A DNA stretch of 64,000 nucleotides from Nemertoderma westbladi (lineage: Eukaryota; Animalia; Xenacoelomorpha). The notes beneath the pieces were generated by a model. That model was not told where the DNA came from and did not search any database. It was given only the letters and a program-made list of their open reading frames with translations. The translations under genes and the position numbers were made by a program. Shown here one piece after another: positions 22,844-36,834 of the stretch. The stretch covers positions 21,808-85,807 of the forward strand of contig JAUCBJ010006899.1 in assembly GCA_032718475.1 (NCBI GenBank), in the 5' to 3' direction. Position 1 is the first letter of the stretch. Each line of letters opens with the position of its first letter.

Positions 22844-23740
22844 GTGGTTCAACAGTCAGATAGTAACACAGTAACAGTCTGTCGTGCTGATTTACCGGTT
22901 GTATTGGTTTTTTCAAACTATTTTGGATTTGTTGTTTCTACCTACATCCAACATATTTTGCACATGGAACCTACCAAAAGGAAAAAGAACTTTCCACCAC
23001 TTCACTCATCATCACCGCTTCCCGGAGCAAGTATGGTTAGCCTTAGCGGTAGGCCTGCCGGTACCGGTACAACCGCTAAACGCACCAGTCTTCCATTAGG
23101 CCTAAAGCGAACCACTTCAGGCCCAGGATCAGGCTCTAAACAACAACAACGTGAAGCTAAGTCTACCAACTTCTCAATGTTCCTACCATGCGATGACTGC
23201 CCTGCTTTGTTCTCAAACCCAGTCGAGTTGGAACAACACCGGAACGTATCCCATGCAAAGGACGATGATGACAGCGAAATTGAACTGGTTTCAGTGGATT
23301 CAGAAACCTCTTGCAGCCAATGCCGCCTATGCCACCGCAATGGTTCGGAATTTAAGGACCAATGGGTTGGCTGCTGGGGTGGATATGATTTTTGGATCTG
23401 TTGCGACTGTGCATACAAAGAACTTCCCTTTCACTTCACTTTCCTATCGAAATTCTCTGAGGTTCAGCGATGGGATGGTTCCGCTATCGGTGCGGATATA
23501 CGTATACGGCCGGGTCAGTCCCCAGAAACCTGTAAACTGCGACAAGAGCGAGCTCGCGAGGTCTACCAACTCAACAAGGATATAAAAGACTCTGACGGTG
23601 ACAAAGCGGTAATCAGTTACAGCACTCGTCTGGATGGGTCCATATGGAAATTCACAAAGCATGAGGACGGTAAATGGAAACAAGACCAAGCTTGGGAATA
23701 CAAGGGCCACTCTGGCAAACCCCTTTCTCAGGGAAACTGA
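22844..23740 (+). CDS. LINE ORF1 protein with C2H2 finger and PHD-like Cys cluster
   Basis: CDDCPALFSNPVELEQHRNVSH; CRLC...WVGC...WICCDC; IRIRPGQSP motif; directly upstream of APE-RT. Confidence 0.6.
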   Translation: MVQQSDSNTVTVCRADLPVVLVFSNYFGFVVSTYIQHILHMEPTKRKKNFPPLHSSSPLPGASMVSLSGRPAGTGTTAKRTSLPLGLKRTTSGPGSGSKQQQREAKSTNFSMFLPCDDCPALFSNPVELEQHRNVSHAKDDDDSEIELVSVDSETSCSQCRLCHRNGSEFKDQWVGCWGGYDFWICCDCAYKELPFHFTFLSKFSEVQRWDGSAIGADIRIRPGQSPETCKLRQERAREVYQLNKDIKDSDGDKAVISYSTRLDGSIWKFTKHEDGKWKQDQAWEYKGHSGKPLSQGN

Positions 23741-23759
23741 TAGGAGGAGAGGACCGCAA

Positions 23760-26546
23760 TTCATCCGATCGCGACTGCAGATCGAATCAGCCACCTGAAA
23801 TACCGAAACCTTTGCTCAATTGTTGTAGCTTCAATGCCCAATCGATTTGTAATAAACTTCCTGATCTTAATGCGCTACTTTCCATCTGTGACTTAGACGT
23901 TACAGCAAAACGTGGCTCACTGACTCTGTACCCGATGCATTGATTAATGGGGATAACAAATATAGAGTTTTCCGTAAGGATCGTAAGTCACGGGGTGGGG
24001 GATGTGCATTATTGATCAAAAACACTATTAAATGTGTTCCAGTTTCTACATCTAATTATGTAGGTGAATCTGAGATTGTTGCGGTAGACCTTGTGGGTAA
24101 CACACCTGTGCGCATGGTCTGTGTTTACCGAGCTCCCAGCTCGACATCAGTTAATGACGAGCTGTTGATTACTGCCCTTTCCGATTTGTGCGATGTAAAT
24201 TTTCCATGTATTTTTGTAGGGGATTTTAATCTTCCTGATTTTGACTGGAAAGAGTTTTTGTACCCAGATCAAATGTTGTACAATAGGTTTGCGCTTTTTA
24301 CATTAGAGAATGGTTTATCGCAGCTGCAATTTGAACCCACTAGGGAGTCTAATGTTTTGGATCTTGTTTTCTCATCCGATGACATGGTTGTTTCCAGTGT
24401 AGCCACATTAACTGGTTTTTCCACTAGCGATCATGATTCTGTTACTTTTAATGTTTTAGCACCAGATCAGTACGTAGATGAGTTTAAACATGGTTACTAT
24501 GATTTTAAACATGCGAATTATCCTGATTTTACTTATTTTATTGACGGTTTTAATTGGTGCGAACAATTTCAAACGTGCGATACAGTAGACGACTTTTGGT
24601 GCACTTTAGTTCCTTATTCCCTTTAAGAAATTTAAACCAAATGTGAAAATGCATCCAGCTTTTGTAAACAACCTTCAAAGGAAGAAAAAAAATAATTTGG
24701 CGCCGTAGACACACACCGAGCAGTATGTTAGAATACAAAAAAGTCGCACTTGCAGCATCACGAGCAGCGTTTAGAGCTGCATGTGTTAAAGAAAACAAAA
24801 TTTTATCGTTGGGAAAGCCGGATGCAATTTTTAAGTACGTAAATTCGAAAAGGGTAAACAAGTCTGGTATATCACCGCTAAAATTTGGTGGTAGTACTGG
24901 TGTCGATGATGCTACCAAAGCTCACATATTTTTAACTGTGTTGTCCGAAAATTTTACTGTAGATAATAATGTTGTGCCTGATTTTTCCCGCAGAGTGCCT
25001 CAAGGTGTTAATATTTCTAAGATTGACTTTTCACCTGTTAATGTATATACAATGCTACGTAAGATTTCAGCTAAAGTTAGCAGGACGCCTGATGGATTGC
25101 CAAGCTTTCTTTTTTCGAAACTTTCATATCTGCGCCCCTGTCTGCTATATTTACCGTTTAGTTCGAAACAAATATGCTTCCATCGATTTGGCTCACCGCT
25201 GACGTCATTCCACTGTTTAAAAAGGGCAATCCATCTGACCCCTACAACTATCGTCCCATTTCATTAACCTGTATAGCTTGCAAGCTAATGGAAATGTGTA
25301 TTAAATATGAATTATCAGCATATTTACTTAGACTTAAACTAATTACAAAAGCACAGCATGGTTTTTTAAAGCGCAAATCCACATGTACTCAATTACTTTA
25401 ATCTGTGAACGAATGGTTTAAATAAATTGACTGCCGTGATGCATTTGATGTAATTTATATTGATTTTGCTAAAGCCTTCGATTCCGTTGTTCATACTAAA
25501 CTTATAGCCAAATTATGTAGTTATGGTATTAGCGGTAATCTTATTGGTTGGTTGAAAGCCTTTCTTTCAAATCGTACTCAACGCGTACTTGTTGCAAATA
25601 ATTATTCAAATTATTGTAAAGTGATTTCTGGAACTCCTCAGGGGACGGTTCTGGGGACGTTATTATTTGTGTTGTACATAAATGATTTACCGGATACTAT
25701 ACACCAAGTAGAGTGCAAATTATTCGCAGATGACGCTAAACTGTTTGCACCATCTGCTAATCGGACATTTTGAGTTCTGCTTTATCTGGTCTAGAATGCT
25801 GGGCTACAGAATGGCAACTTACTATAGCTGCTCACAAATTTCACGTGCTATATCTTGTTGGTAACAACAACCGTACCCAGTATTGCCTTTACAATAAGAT
25901 TTTTAAAGAAGAAACTTATTGCAAAGACTTAGGTGTCACAATATCAAACAATTTAAAATTTGACAAGTACTGTCGTGAGAAAGTTGCTAAGGCCTACAAA
26001 ATTGTGAATATGATTTTCCGCTGTTTTTACACAAAGAATCGACAAGCCATCATGCTTGCTTATAAATCGTACGCATGTCCCTTATTAGAATATTGTACTC
26101 CTGTATGGTCCCCATTCCTGCTCACGTCTATTGACCTAGTGGAGAGTGTACAGCGGTACTTTACACGTAGACTTTACTTACGGTGCAGATTGTCACGTAA
26201 TAATTACATCGACCATCTCAACTTTCTTTCTTTGCAACCTTTAGAATTGAGACGTATTATTTTCGACCTCAAAATGGTATTTTCCATTGAGCACAATTTA
26301 GTCGATCTTAACTTCGATGATTTCTTCCACCGGCCAACCAGACCCGGGCTCAGAGGTCACAATCATAAATTGTTTGTAAATAGAACCAGACTCAATCAAT
26401 GTAAACACTATTTTGCTAACCGTGTTGTGCCTATTTGGAACTCGTTGCCTGCTGGTATTGTTGAATCAAACAGTAATACAACTTTTTCGCATCTCATCAC
26501 TGATCACAATTTATTGGAGTTTTGTCACTTTGATCGCCATATGTAA
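23760..26546 (+). pseudogene. CR1 ORF2 (AP endonuclease + reverse transcriptase), multiple frameshifts and stops
   Basis: FNAQSI.NK, RKDR..RGGG, VYRAP, GDFN, LDLVF, SDH; YRPISLT, QHGF, IDFAKAFDSV, GTPQGTVLG, LFADD, KDLGV, LEYC..VWSP, RGH..KL, NRVV..WNSLP. Confidence 0.92.
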
Positions 26547-26954
26547 TATTTTAAGTGGTGTGTATTGTTAATATCAATAAATTAGGACTCTGCGGGGAGT
26601 ATATGAAGGACTATTATTTTCTAATTTTATTTTTTGTATTTTTACTGTATTTTTTGGTAATTTATAAGATTGTACTATAATGAAACTAATATGCATAATA
26701 TTGTATTTAACTGTTTAAAAATCAGTTCAACCTACTGTATGACGTATTCTCCGTATTCTCATACATTTAAATATGATTTACAGTACATAGAACATATATA
26801 TTATGTAATAACTGTGTAATTTTAATAGATCGTCCCTAAATAGACAGCCTGGGCGGTCTCTCTCCTCAAATCATACTGTGTAGGCCTATTGTTTTTATTC
26901 ACTGTTTGTATTTAATTAAAGATGAGTGTGTATTAATTAAAAAATTTAAATTAG

Positions 26955-27756
26955 GGACTTTCCAAGTAAATGTAGGGGATATATGTTGGTCAGAGCGCAT
27001 CAGTCCTCTGTATCTCGAACTGTCCACTGCGTCTCTACAGCTTTAGCATCGAAATCAAACCAGTTCATATTTTTCCATGAGGACAATGACGCTGTTCTTA
27101 ATAAGGCTGCTTTTCAATTAAAATCCGGAATTCCTAATATCCTTGATGCGGTTGATTGCACCCATGTCCGTATCCAGCGGCCAACAATAGAACCCATATC
27201 CTACTACAACAGGAAGGGGTTTCACTCTGTAAATGTCCAAGCAGTGTGTAATGCTAATTACATATTTAGCCATGTCACTGCGAAGTGGCCTGGTTCAGTA
27301 CATGATGCAAGGATATTCGCGGAAAGTTCCTTGCCATCAAGTTTGGAGGAATGGCGTCTGTTGGGTATTTTATTAGTTTACAGTGCATTTACCCTAACGC
27401 ATTATCTTTTAACGCCATGCAAATCGGCGCTAAATTGCGCACAATGTGCCTTTAATAAAAGGCAGGCACAGACACGGATCGTTATAGAATGTGCCTTTGG
27501 TAAATTGAAAAGACGGTTCCCGTGTTTATCAGCTACAGCCAACACATTCCGACTGAAACTGGACAGGGTGTGCAATATGATTGTGGCTGTATTCGTCTTG
27601 CACAATATAGCCACTCATCGTCAGATACCGTTGCCACTTGGTGAAGATGAAATCCCTGGTGATAACTGTGGTGATGATAATATGTGCGATGGCGAAGATC
27701 AACATCATGACCCCGATACTGCTCCTGGGGTAGACTTGCGGAACCACTTGACCTGA
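26955..27756 (+). pseudogene. Harbinger (DDE_Tnp_4-type) transposase, degenerate
   Basis: TFQVNVGD..QSSVSR, AVDCTHVRI, YNRKGFHSVNVQAVC, WPGSVHDARIF, RIVIECAFGKLKRRFPCL, LHN; the expected LGDSAY motif reads LVYSAF. Confidence 0.85.
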
Positions 27757-28679
27757 TCTAATTATACATATACAATATTTAGAACATTGCTACAATTTAA
27801 TTAAATTTAAAATTAAAATTTTCATTTAATTTCATTTAAGTTTTAGACACATACTGTATATAAAGGCCTAATAGTTAACAGGACCGTACATTATGTGCTT
27901 GTCAATAAGGTTTTATTTTCATTAGAATAAATTGGTATAAGTAAAGGAAACATTAGATTTATTTAAAAGCTTATCACAATAGACTTCCGACTTTCTTTCG
28001 AACTAATTCCCTCCCTATTAACCAGCCAGTATCTTCTTCCTAGAAATATACCCAGGACAGGCGGGGACAATCGTATACAAACTATTTTCTTCTATATTTT
28101 TATACAACCATGACCTCTACTACATTATAGTATCTAGGTCATGATACAGGACAACCATCATTTCTACATCTTGTATAATTTATCTAGCATTTGGAAGGCC
28201 TAGTATTTAAAGCCAACTCCTGCAAACAAAATGAAAATAATAAAGTGTTACTAATTCGATTAGTAAATAAGATTATATTTAAGATATCAGATTATACAGT
28301 ATTTATGATTAGTATATATTATATATACTGTATATATCTACAGTATGTCGCGAATGCAATGACTGGGATCTAAGTGCAATATATGGGCAATTGTGTACAG
28401 ACATAGTATCTAGATATGTACCTACCGTACTGCCTAATATAATAATGTAGCATACTGACTGACTGATTGAATTACCGTATGTGCTGATAATACTGCTGTA
28501 CTTCAGATTGATGATATTGATAAATATATATATTAAACTGTTTAGCGATAAATGATACTTTATTCTATTCCACTTATATTCGCTACACAGTATATATTTA
28601 CTACAAATTCCTATTATAGCACATAGTAGGAAAAATAATAATAATTTTTCTAAATAAATAGGAAAGTAATAAAAATCGC

Positions 28680-28790
28680 CACACGTCCAGGTCTCACAAC
28701 CATATAAAATTGAAGAGACTGCGAAAGCACGAAAAACATGCAGGTTAAGCCACAATGGATAGAGTCTGTGATTAACTAAAAAGCTAAGAA
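28680..28790 (-). pseudogene. Short RTE-like RT remnant
   Basis: Translates to VFRAFAVSSILYGCETWT, typical of the RTE C-terminal region. Confidence 0.45.
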
Positions 28791-29329
28791 TATAGAGACA
28801 TGTTTGGTCTTCTCACTTGCATGAGATTTAATTGCACCCTTTAGACATCAATTGCACAATCGGGGATCCAAAATATATATTGACCATGACAAAAAACCGT
28901 CAGGAGTAAAATATTTCAATAACCCAATTATACACCTATATAACATATACGACTACACAGTATTACACATGAATGTATTACATACAGTATGTACAAAATA
29001 CTGTACTGTAGCACAAAAATACGGAATCCAAATAACGTAAATTAAATATATAAATTTGATCGATTAGAAACGAAGTAAATTAATTATAAATTAAATTAAA
29101 ATGCATAAATTTGTATCTACTCAAATAATAGTACAGTATCATGTCTGACGATGTTTACAATAAAGGTCGCCTAAGGCCTACTACTGCACTGTATACTCTC
29201 ATGGACGAACATACTCTATGTACCTTTAACTTACAACACAAATACAACAAACTGTGTTGTACAGTAAAAAATACTGCTGTAAAAGTACTGGTTGGTTATA
29301 CTGTACTGCGTAGGCCTACTGAGTGACTG

Positions 29330-30054
29330 CAATACAGAGTTGCGAATTTCTGAGTTTTTTTACTTCTTAGAATCTCAAGTTTCTCCCTGGCAATTGCCGT
29401 CTTAACTTTAATAAGTTCAGTCTCTGCGAGATGTTTATCCCTCTCCGCCAATAAGGCGATCAATATCAGCTTTCGTCACAGCCTTACAGGTAGCGGCACT
29501 AATGGCCTTTGAAGGTCGAGTTGGGACGATTGAGATTGATGGCTGAATAATTTTAGGAGCACTATCGCTATCATTAACTATTATAGACGTCTAGGTCTGC
29601 GATGTTTCTCCTGACTCCTTCTCAACTATTTATATTAATTCATCAATGTCGTCGGTGCTGCGTGACTGACGTTGTCGTTGATCATAGGTTGAACAAGCAC
29701 CCGGTATACCTTCTACCACAACCGTCGGCAAGATGTCGTGTATAATCAATCTTACCCAACACGGAAGATCGGCGACCGTACCCCCGCCGCTCTAGTTTTT
29801 TAGTTTATCATGATCTTGTTTGATAGCCTTCGCACTATAAACAAGGTCATTGTATCGGGTACGAGTTGATTTATAATTAGTGAATGTACTGGCGGAGATG
29901 GCGTTTACTGTAATCGTTATATCCTCCCTGATTTTCTTGTGAATTAAAGACTTTTTGGGGTCTTGGAGGTCGGACTTTTTCTCCTTTATTAGATTGAGAA
30001 AAAATATACTAGTTTTTGCATCTAAATTTCGTTTTCATTTTTTCTTGTCGCCAT
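29330..30054 (-). pseudogene. Probable Myb/SANT-like second gene of the Harbinger element, degraded
   Basis: Fragments LIKEKKSDLQ..KKIREDITITVNAIS..RTRYNDLVYSAK..(S)GGG resemble the Harbinger DNA-binding partner; convergent to the transposase. Confidence 0.45.
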
Positions 30055-33000
30055 CTTTATAAGGATGTGAAAAAGCCATGCTGTACAGTGTACTGTAGTC
30101 TACTCAATACTGTTAATGTTTGCAAAATGTTCGTACTTTAGTTGTTTTAGGCTACATACAGTACATAGAGCATGAGCGGATCCAGAATTTCGGGAATGAA
30201 TGTTTTTATAAAACTTGTGACAAATATATGATAAAACAAATTGCGATATAAAATGTGAAATTTGTATTTCGTCGGGATCCTGAAGATAATTTAATTGAAA
30301 AATTTCACCAATACTCAATATCAATAAATACATTATTTTGTACTAGTTTGTCCTCCATGACTCGTGATTTTATACTGTACACCTACGATAGGCCTACTTA
30401 TAATTCAGCCATTTAATTAACATTAATTAACCTACCTGTCCAACGGCTATTTTGATATGCAAAGGCCTCTTAACTTGAATTATTCCAAAGTATTAATTGA
30501 AACCAGGGGCTTTCAGTGTTCTGTATACTACAGTAGTTCGCCATATCGACACCCCTGATCATTTTGTTTTACTGTACTATGCATCTTATCTATCTCCTAC
30601 TTTGAAGTGGAAATACTGCCGATATTGATCTTAGTTAGGCTTAAATATGATAAATTTTAGGTAGCTAGTATTTTTTCTAGCTAGTAAATTTTTACTAGCT
30701 AATTAAAAAAAACGTTAGTTTTTATTCAAAATTTTATTTAGCTTGGTTTACATTAGTACAGTACTTCTTAGCAATCTGTCCTATTATATTTTTGAATACT
30801 AACTTTGCCTTAGTATAGCCCCCGGAACCGAAATTCCGCAGCTAGTAGGTCCGGCCGCGTTCCGTTCTACTTCCTAATATTTTTTACTTCAGATATTTCC
30901 ATTGTCTTTCAATGTGTGTGATATCCTTCCGCATTAACTAAATATCTGCAATGGTTAACTCTTTGATGGTGGTACCCATCCCCTGATCCATTGGCAGACC
31001 ATTTTCCTAAAATTATTTCACAATGTGATGCTCATTATATATGCCTTCCACTCATAAAAACTACTAAAATTTTTGTATAAATTTTTTTTATAGCTAGTAA
31101 AATTTTACTAAATGCTAGCAAAAACAATAGCTACCTAAAATCACAGTACTCCGATTGAATTAGGCCTACAGTAAGATAACTAGGCCTACTGGCTAGTATT
31201 GCCACTTTAAAAATTATTTAAAAAACCTTAGTAAAAAAAATTGGTCGACACTCGACATGACGAGCTACTGTAGTACCCCGTATAATTTAAAACAGGACAA
31301 ATGAACACCAGTTACAACTGGAATTCCGGAATACCTACGGTACCGGTACTTCATACTATTAAAATTAATGTATTTTGTATGTTTTTAATTGTTTTAATAA
31401 TTTAGCTAGTATTTGCATTGCACCTATTGTAGCTAATACTGTTGTTTTGTTTTAGCCTAACATTTCTAGTGGTATTGAACTTAAACTTATAGCTAAATTG
31501 ACATTAAAATATCTTGACAAAACAATAAAAGTTACAATAAAATAAAATTTTTTTTTTCTTATTTTATTAAATACCGGTAGCTATTAATTTGAAAATTACA
31601 TAGCTACCACTTTTTTTTGCTACCACTTAAATCGTTATTTTCCTCTGCCGCCACCACCACCACCACCCCCCCCCCCCCGCCTTCCACCACCACCTTTACG
31701 CTTTATATACTGTACAGAACATTTGTTGCTATTGTTGCTTGTGCAAGATAAAACTCTTACTCCGACTCGAGCGCAAGATCTTTCCGAAACCACAGTCATG
31801 ATCTGAAGCCTATGGGGTCGTTGCCTGGTCAGAGTATGTTATATTTATATTATATAACATTTATTATTTATATTTATATATTATTTATATATTTATTTAA
31901 TATATATTTCCTTTCGTTGCAGTCAAATCTGGAATATCATATCAGACTATTTATTTCGTAACGTACAACGTAACAATATATGCCGATGTTCCGAAGCCGA
32001 TGTTCTTTAGGCCGATGTTTACAATAAGAGGTAAGTAACATTATCTCTATAGAATACTTCATCATCTACTATAGTACATCCCTACACCACGTACTGTATA
32101 GTAGATACCACAAACAAACAGTTCTAACACATATATCTAAGCTATGCAACATGTACGTTATTAATCTATGTAGCTATTTATCTATCGTCTGTGCAATAGG
32201 CAATTAATATAGTTTATCTTCACATTTTTACTACTACTGACTACTATACTACTATTCCCTACTGCAGGTCGAGGGAACTCGGACACTTATTTCGGGACAT
32301 ACAGTAGCAGGTAGTGGATCCATCACTAGGAAGGGAATAAATTTAATTGTTAAGATTTAAATGTTATTTGCTGGATCCGTCCATACAGTACAAAGTAGCA
32401 AACAACCGGAGTGCGAGCTAAGTGCAGATAGAGGATTCATTAAACTGATAGCAATCACGATATATAGCTACTGATACCTGTAACGACACGTCACTGTATA
32501 AGCCTGTACCTGTATGCCTAGTATGAATTATGTACAGTAAATAAGATGAATGTTTACTTGTTGCCTGGCAACATTTACGATGGTCGTAACTTATTGTATC
32601 GTATCTGCGATTAATCGTAAGTTACTTTATGCATACCAAAATACGATCGTCGTTCTTATGATCATCGTAACTCAAGTTACGATCGGAAAAAAGATACGAT
32701 CATCGTAAAGTTACGATCGCTTTATGCATACGGGCCAATATATATTTTAAGTTCATGTGCACATATATTGATACACTTAAAAACAAAAAGATATAGGATA
32801 ACTGTGCCGATTGCCAGTTCACAATGTCGCGCCATTCCTTAATTAAGTTAGGTCCATGTAAGCAGTTTTACCAGCAGAAGTATATTATGCCAATACTTTC
32901 GGAAAGCGACTAGAAGTGCCGATTGTCAGGAATCCATTTTGGAATCCCCAGTTATTCAAAGGACAACATATAAAACAAATAGTCAGCAAGATCGGCAACA

Positions 33001-35817
33001 TATAGTGGAGTGTGCTTTCATGGTGACGACTGGGTGTGGGCATCCCTCGCTCACACCTTAGATGTTACTTATATAACAGCATACACATGGGTCCGCACTG
33101 GGGAGGCCGAGATGAAAACACCTGGCAGTATGAAGCCAAAAAAGGTCACAGAAAGGAAGATTGATATCATCATTGCATGATTGGATGATTCCTCCATAAC
33201 AATGGAGAGATTCAATGAAGGCTGATGCAACAATTCAATGTAGGTGTCAGCCTCACAACCATTGTCAACTATTTGGAAGGTTGGGTTTACTCTCTCAAAA
33301 ATACATATCATAGGCCTGTCACAATGGACACTGATATAAACTTTAAACTTTATCAGAAACAGCACGAAGGTTGCATGGATTGACGAAACAAATTTTAACT
33401 TATTTTGCTGTCGCTCTCAGCAAGGACGGTCCATAGTTGGGTCGAGCGCAGTCCAGACACTTCCAGCATTGTGTGGTAAAAATCGACACCAGTTGGCTTC
33501 ACCAGATGGATTGACCAGATGATTTCAGCCACAGGTGGAGTACTAAAGTTCACCAGGAGTAATGGAAGTTTTTCTAATTAATTGCAACCATATTACCATA
33601 TCCATAGAACATGCTGTTGCAACAACATTGACAACAATCCTATAGTGCCAACCTTCTCCTAAAGAAACGGCAAACAAATGGGTGCTAGAATTATTTCAAG
33701 AATGGGAAATCAGCTGGTAGATTTACTGGTTGTGTCTGATAACACCCTTTGTCAGGCAGGTTTAGAGGCATTATTAGAAAGTAGCCAGCCAGGCAGAGTT
33801 CCGAAGTCCTTCCTTTGGTCCAAAGTAAAGAGTTACTTGAAAGTCAACATTGTTATTCCACCGACTTCTGCCTCCAGCACTTTAGTCGAACAGAGACTCA
33901 AATATTTGGAGGGAGTAGTGGGTGCTGCATAAGTGCATAATCGACTATTGTTGGCGGTGATTGCACAAACACGGGCTACGCAGCAAAGGACAACTTTTCA
34001 TGTCAACATTATGAACTTAGAGGACGTCCACGTCAGTCATTAAATGCACTATGAAAGGATTATAATAATCCTGTGTAATCTATTGATAGTCCACGCTTTG
34101 AGGCCACCTTGATTGTCTTTCCCCGAAGTTAAAATAAGCAGCAGCTGTGATACCGTACTGAATTGTAGTATATCGTAATCATCAAACACTAGGCCTAGCC
34201 CATAACTAATTATATTAGCATTGTGTGATTTGGTTTGTGCATAAGAAGACATATAAAGCTGTAGTGAATAGTGACATATCCCGACTGCTTTTTTGTAGGT
34301 CAGTAACCAATACCTTGCCAAAGTAGATAACACATAATATAGTAGATAATATGATATCTTTAGTTTTTGTTTTTGTAATACAGTAGTATTAGTTTTTAGT
34401 ATTAGTTTTTGTTGTATATAAATTTATGTGATGTGATTCATTTATAGCACAATAGTACAGTAAGGTACAGTAAAGTACAGTACAGTATACTGAACTTTCA
34501 TTGTGGTTCTTCCACACTGTTCGTTCAGTGTGATATCGGTGTATTATAACGAAATGGTTTTTCTTCTCGGATAATAATAATATCCGTTACCAGTGTTCAC
34601 TGTAATTAGTGTCTCTGTGTTTGTACCCCAGTAAATTTAGGATGGGGGGGGGTGTGTTCTACAATATCGTACCTTGACAGCGAGGGAGAGGGGGTTATAA
34701 AATAGTGTGGTCAATACTATACATTGTACTGGGTTTAAATATTATCTTTCCAGGGTAGGGTACACATGGTATCGTTGGATTGATAATTAAATAATCCACA
34801 TGAACCAGTTCATATGGGTTATAAATTCTACTAAGAAAACACAAATATCGTGTTTACAGTATGTCCTGGAATAAAAAGCTGACCAAGCATGGATATCAAC
34901 TATATGTCACCTGAATTTTGTTGAAAAATAATTATTATTGTTATGTAAATACTTAAATTGTTATGTTTTCACATAATTTATTTATATATTTAATTACTTA
35001 TTTATTTTATTATTAATTCCTATAATTTGGGCTATGTTTATATTTTTCAATTTATCTATCATGCAAAGACAGCAATAAAACAATTGCATGGCCTTTTCCC
35101 ATATGGTGATGTAGGGATTATTTTTATTGTTACCCAATGTGCACTGACAGTTGGTATTGATTACTTTTATAGAGTGCATTTTGATGTATCTGTTAAGTGC
35201 TTCAGTGAATAACATAAATACATAGCTTTGAATAGAGCGAATAAATATTAAAATAATTCAATGAAACAGTGAATAACATAAATAAATGCATTGTCAAGCC
35301 TAGTCTTTTAGCCTTTCCCTCCATTTTTAAAAACTATCTGGCTAACAAAGAATAATTTCATAGAATATTATCACTGAGACATCCCATTTGAAATTAATTA
35401 AATGAAATAATTTTTAATTATGAAATATCAAATAATTTTTAATTTGAAATAATTAATTTCAATAAATAAATTTATTTATTTAGATGAAATAGAAAACATA
35501 AATATAGCATATATTAATTAACCCATGAGGAAACAAATGTTTGACACTTCGTGCAATCAAAATTAACCTTATTTTTTACATACTCTTGTTTTTAAGATCG
35601 ATCAACCTGTCACTACATGCATCCTGTTCCTTTCCTTCAATTTATTATGAACATTGTTAGTTAACCGAAATGGGATGTTATTTAGCTGTGAGTGTAATCC
35701 CACCTGTGAATTTTGTTGTCCCACATAGTGGATCAAATAATTATTTGTTATAATTAAGTTATAAACGATAACATACAATTATTATTTATTTATTATTTAT
35801 ATATATTATATATCAAT

Positions 35818-36834
35818 ATGAATAAGCAAACGAAAAGCAAGGCTTTACGGGCAAATAATCTGAAAGCCAATATTCTTCAAATCATAAGAATTGGTTTTCT
35901 GCTAAGTAGTAAGATTACAATATGGACAGGTCTAATATGTGATTACAAGCTTGGCATTCTCTACAAAGTTGCATTTAATGGATTGTTCAATGGCTCTCTT
36001 TTGCTATTCCAGTTCGGTTGGTTTACATCACTAATATTTACTATTGCTGCAACTGGTGGTTTATTTGGCAAGCATTCAATCTTAATGGCAATTTTTCTAC
36101 CTTTGACATGGTTTTTACTTGTAATTCAGATAGCAGCAAGTGCTATATCAGTCACATATGATGTTGACCAAGCTTATAAAGTATTGCACCATGAGATGCT
36201 TTCTAAGTTTGCAGCATATGAAATAATATCTGATTTCAATGTGACTTCAAAAAAAAATGAATTACTAAGAAAGGATGTTTATATAGTTGATCAGATTCAG
36301 GAGTACTTTAACTGTTGTGGATTACATGAGAGTATTACTGCTTCTGTCACATATGGTGCCGTTACCACAACAAATTCATCATTGTCATCAGCTTCACTAT
36401 CATTAGATATCCATAAAACAGGTTTTTCATATTGGGAATCCAGGCTAAGTGCTGCCACTTTGGAGCGCTTTGAAGGAGCTAACTTCCCGGCATCATGCTG
36501 TAACACTACAATTCTTTACAACTACTGCAAGGATCATGGGATAGGTCAGAATTCTCTATTGATTCAGTTGGATCAAAGTGATGCCAATATATTAAAGATT
36601 ACTAAAGATCAGCTCTACCAGGATGGATGTGATATTGTGATCAAGAGTCATATCAGGCATATTATTACGATAATCACTATAGCTATGGTTGTTGGAATAT
36701 CTATGCAAGTTATATCCCATATCATTGTTTGGGTATTATTTTTCATGAATACTGATATCTTGATTGCATATGAAGGAAGCTTTATGAAAGCACTGGGTTT
36801 TGGGTCATTAGGAAATAATAACTCAATATTATGA
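35818..36834 (+). CDS. Tetraspanin-family protein, single exon
   Basis: Four hydrophobic segments; large extracellular loop with IQEYFNCCG, PASCC and YQDGC motifs. Confidence 0.85.
   Translation: MNKQTKSKALRANNLKANILQIIRIGFLLSSKITIWTGLICDYKLGILYKVAFNGLFNGSLLLFQFGWFTSLIFTIAATGGLFGKHSILMAIFLPLTWFLLVIQIAASAISVTYDVDQAYKVLHHEMLSKFAAYEIISDFNVTSKKNELLRKDVYIVDQIQEYFNCCGLHESITASVTYGAVTTTNSSLSSASLSLDIHKTGFSYWESRLSAATLERFEGANFPASCCNTTILYNYCKDHGIGQNSLLIQLDQSDANILKITKDQLYQDGCDIVIKSHIRHIITIITIAMVVGISMQVISHIIVWVLFFMNTDILIAYEGSFMKALGFGSLGNNNSIL

Larger units (their letters stand above)
22844..26582 (+). mobile_element. CR1-clade non-LTR retrotransposon nested in the Harbinger element (5' end approximate)
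   Basis: ORF1 plus fragmented APE-RT ORF2; AATAAA shortly after the ORF2 stop. Confidence 0.85.
21757..32736. mobile_element. PIF/Harbinger-superfamily DNA transposon (~11 kb including nested insertions)
   Basis: 16-bp terminal inverted repeats (TIRs) GGCCCGTATGCATAAA / TTTATGCATACGGGCC; 3-bp TSD AAT on both sides; TACGAT-rich subterminal repeats; contains a Harbinger transposase and a convergent Myb/SANT-like remnant. Confidence 0.85.

Noticed and set aside
32950-33970. Slightly GC-richer stretch that may be a decayed LINE ORF1
   Set aside because: No motif clear enough to support a call
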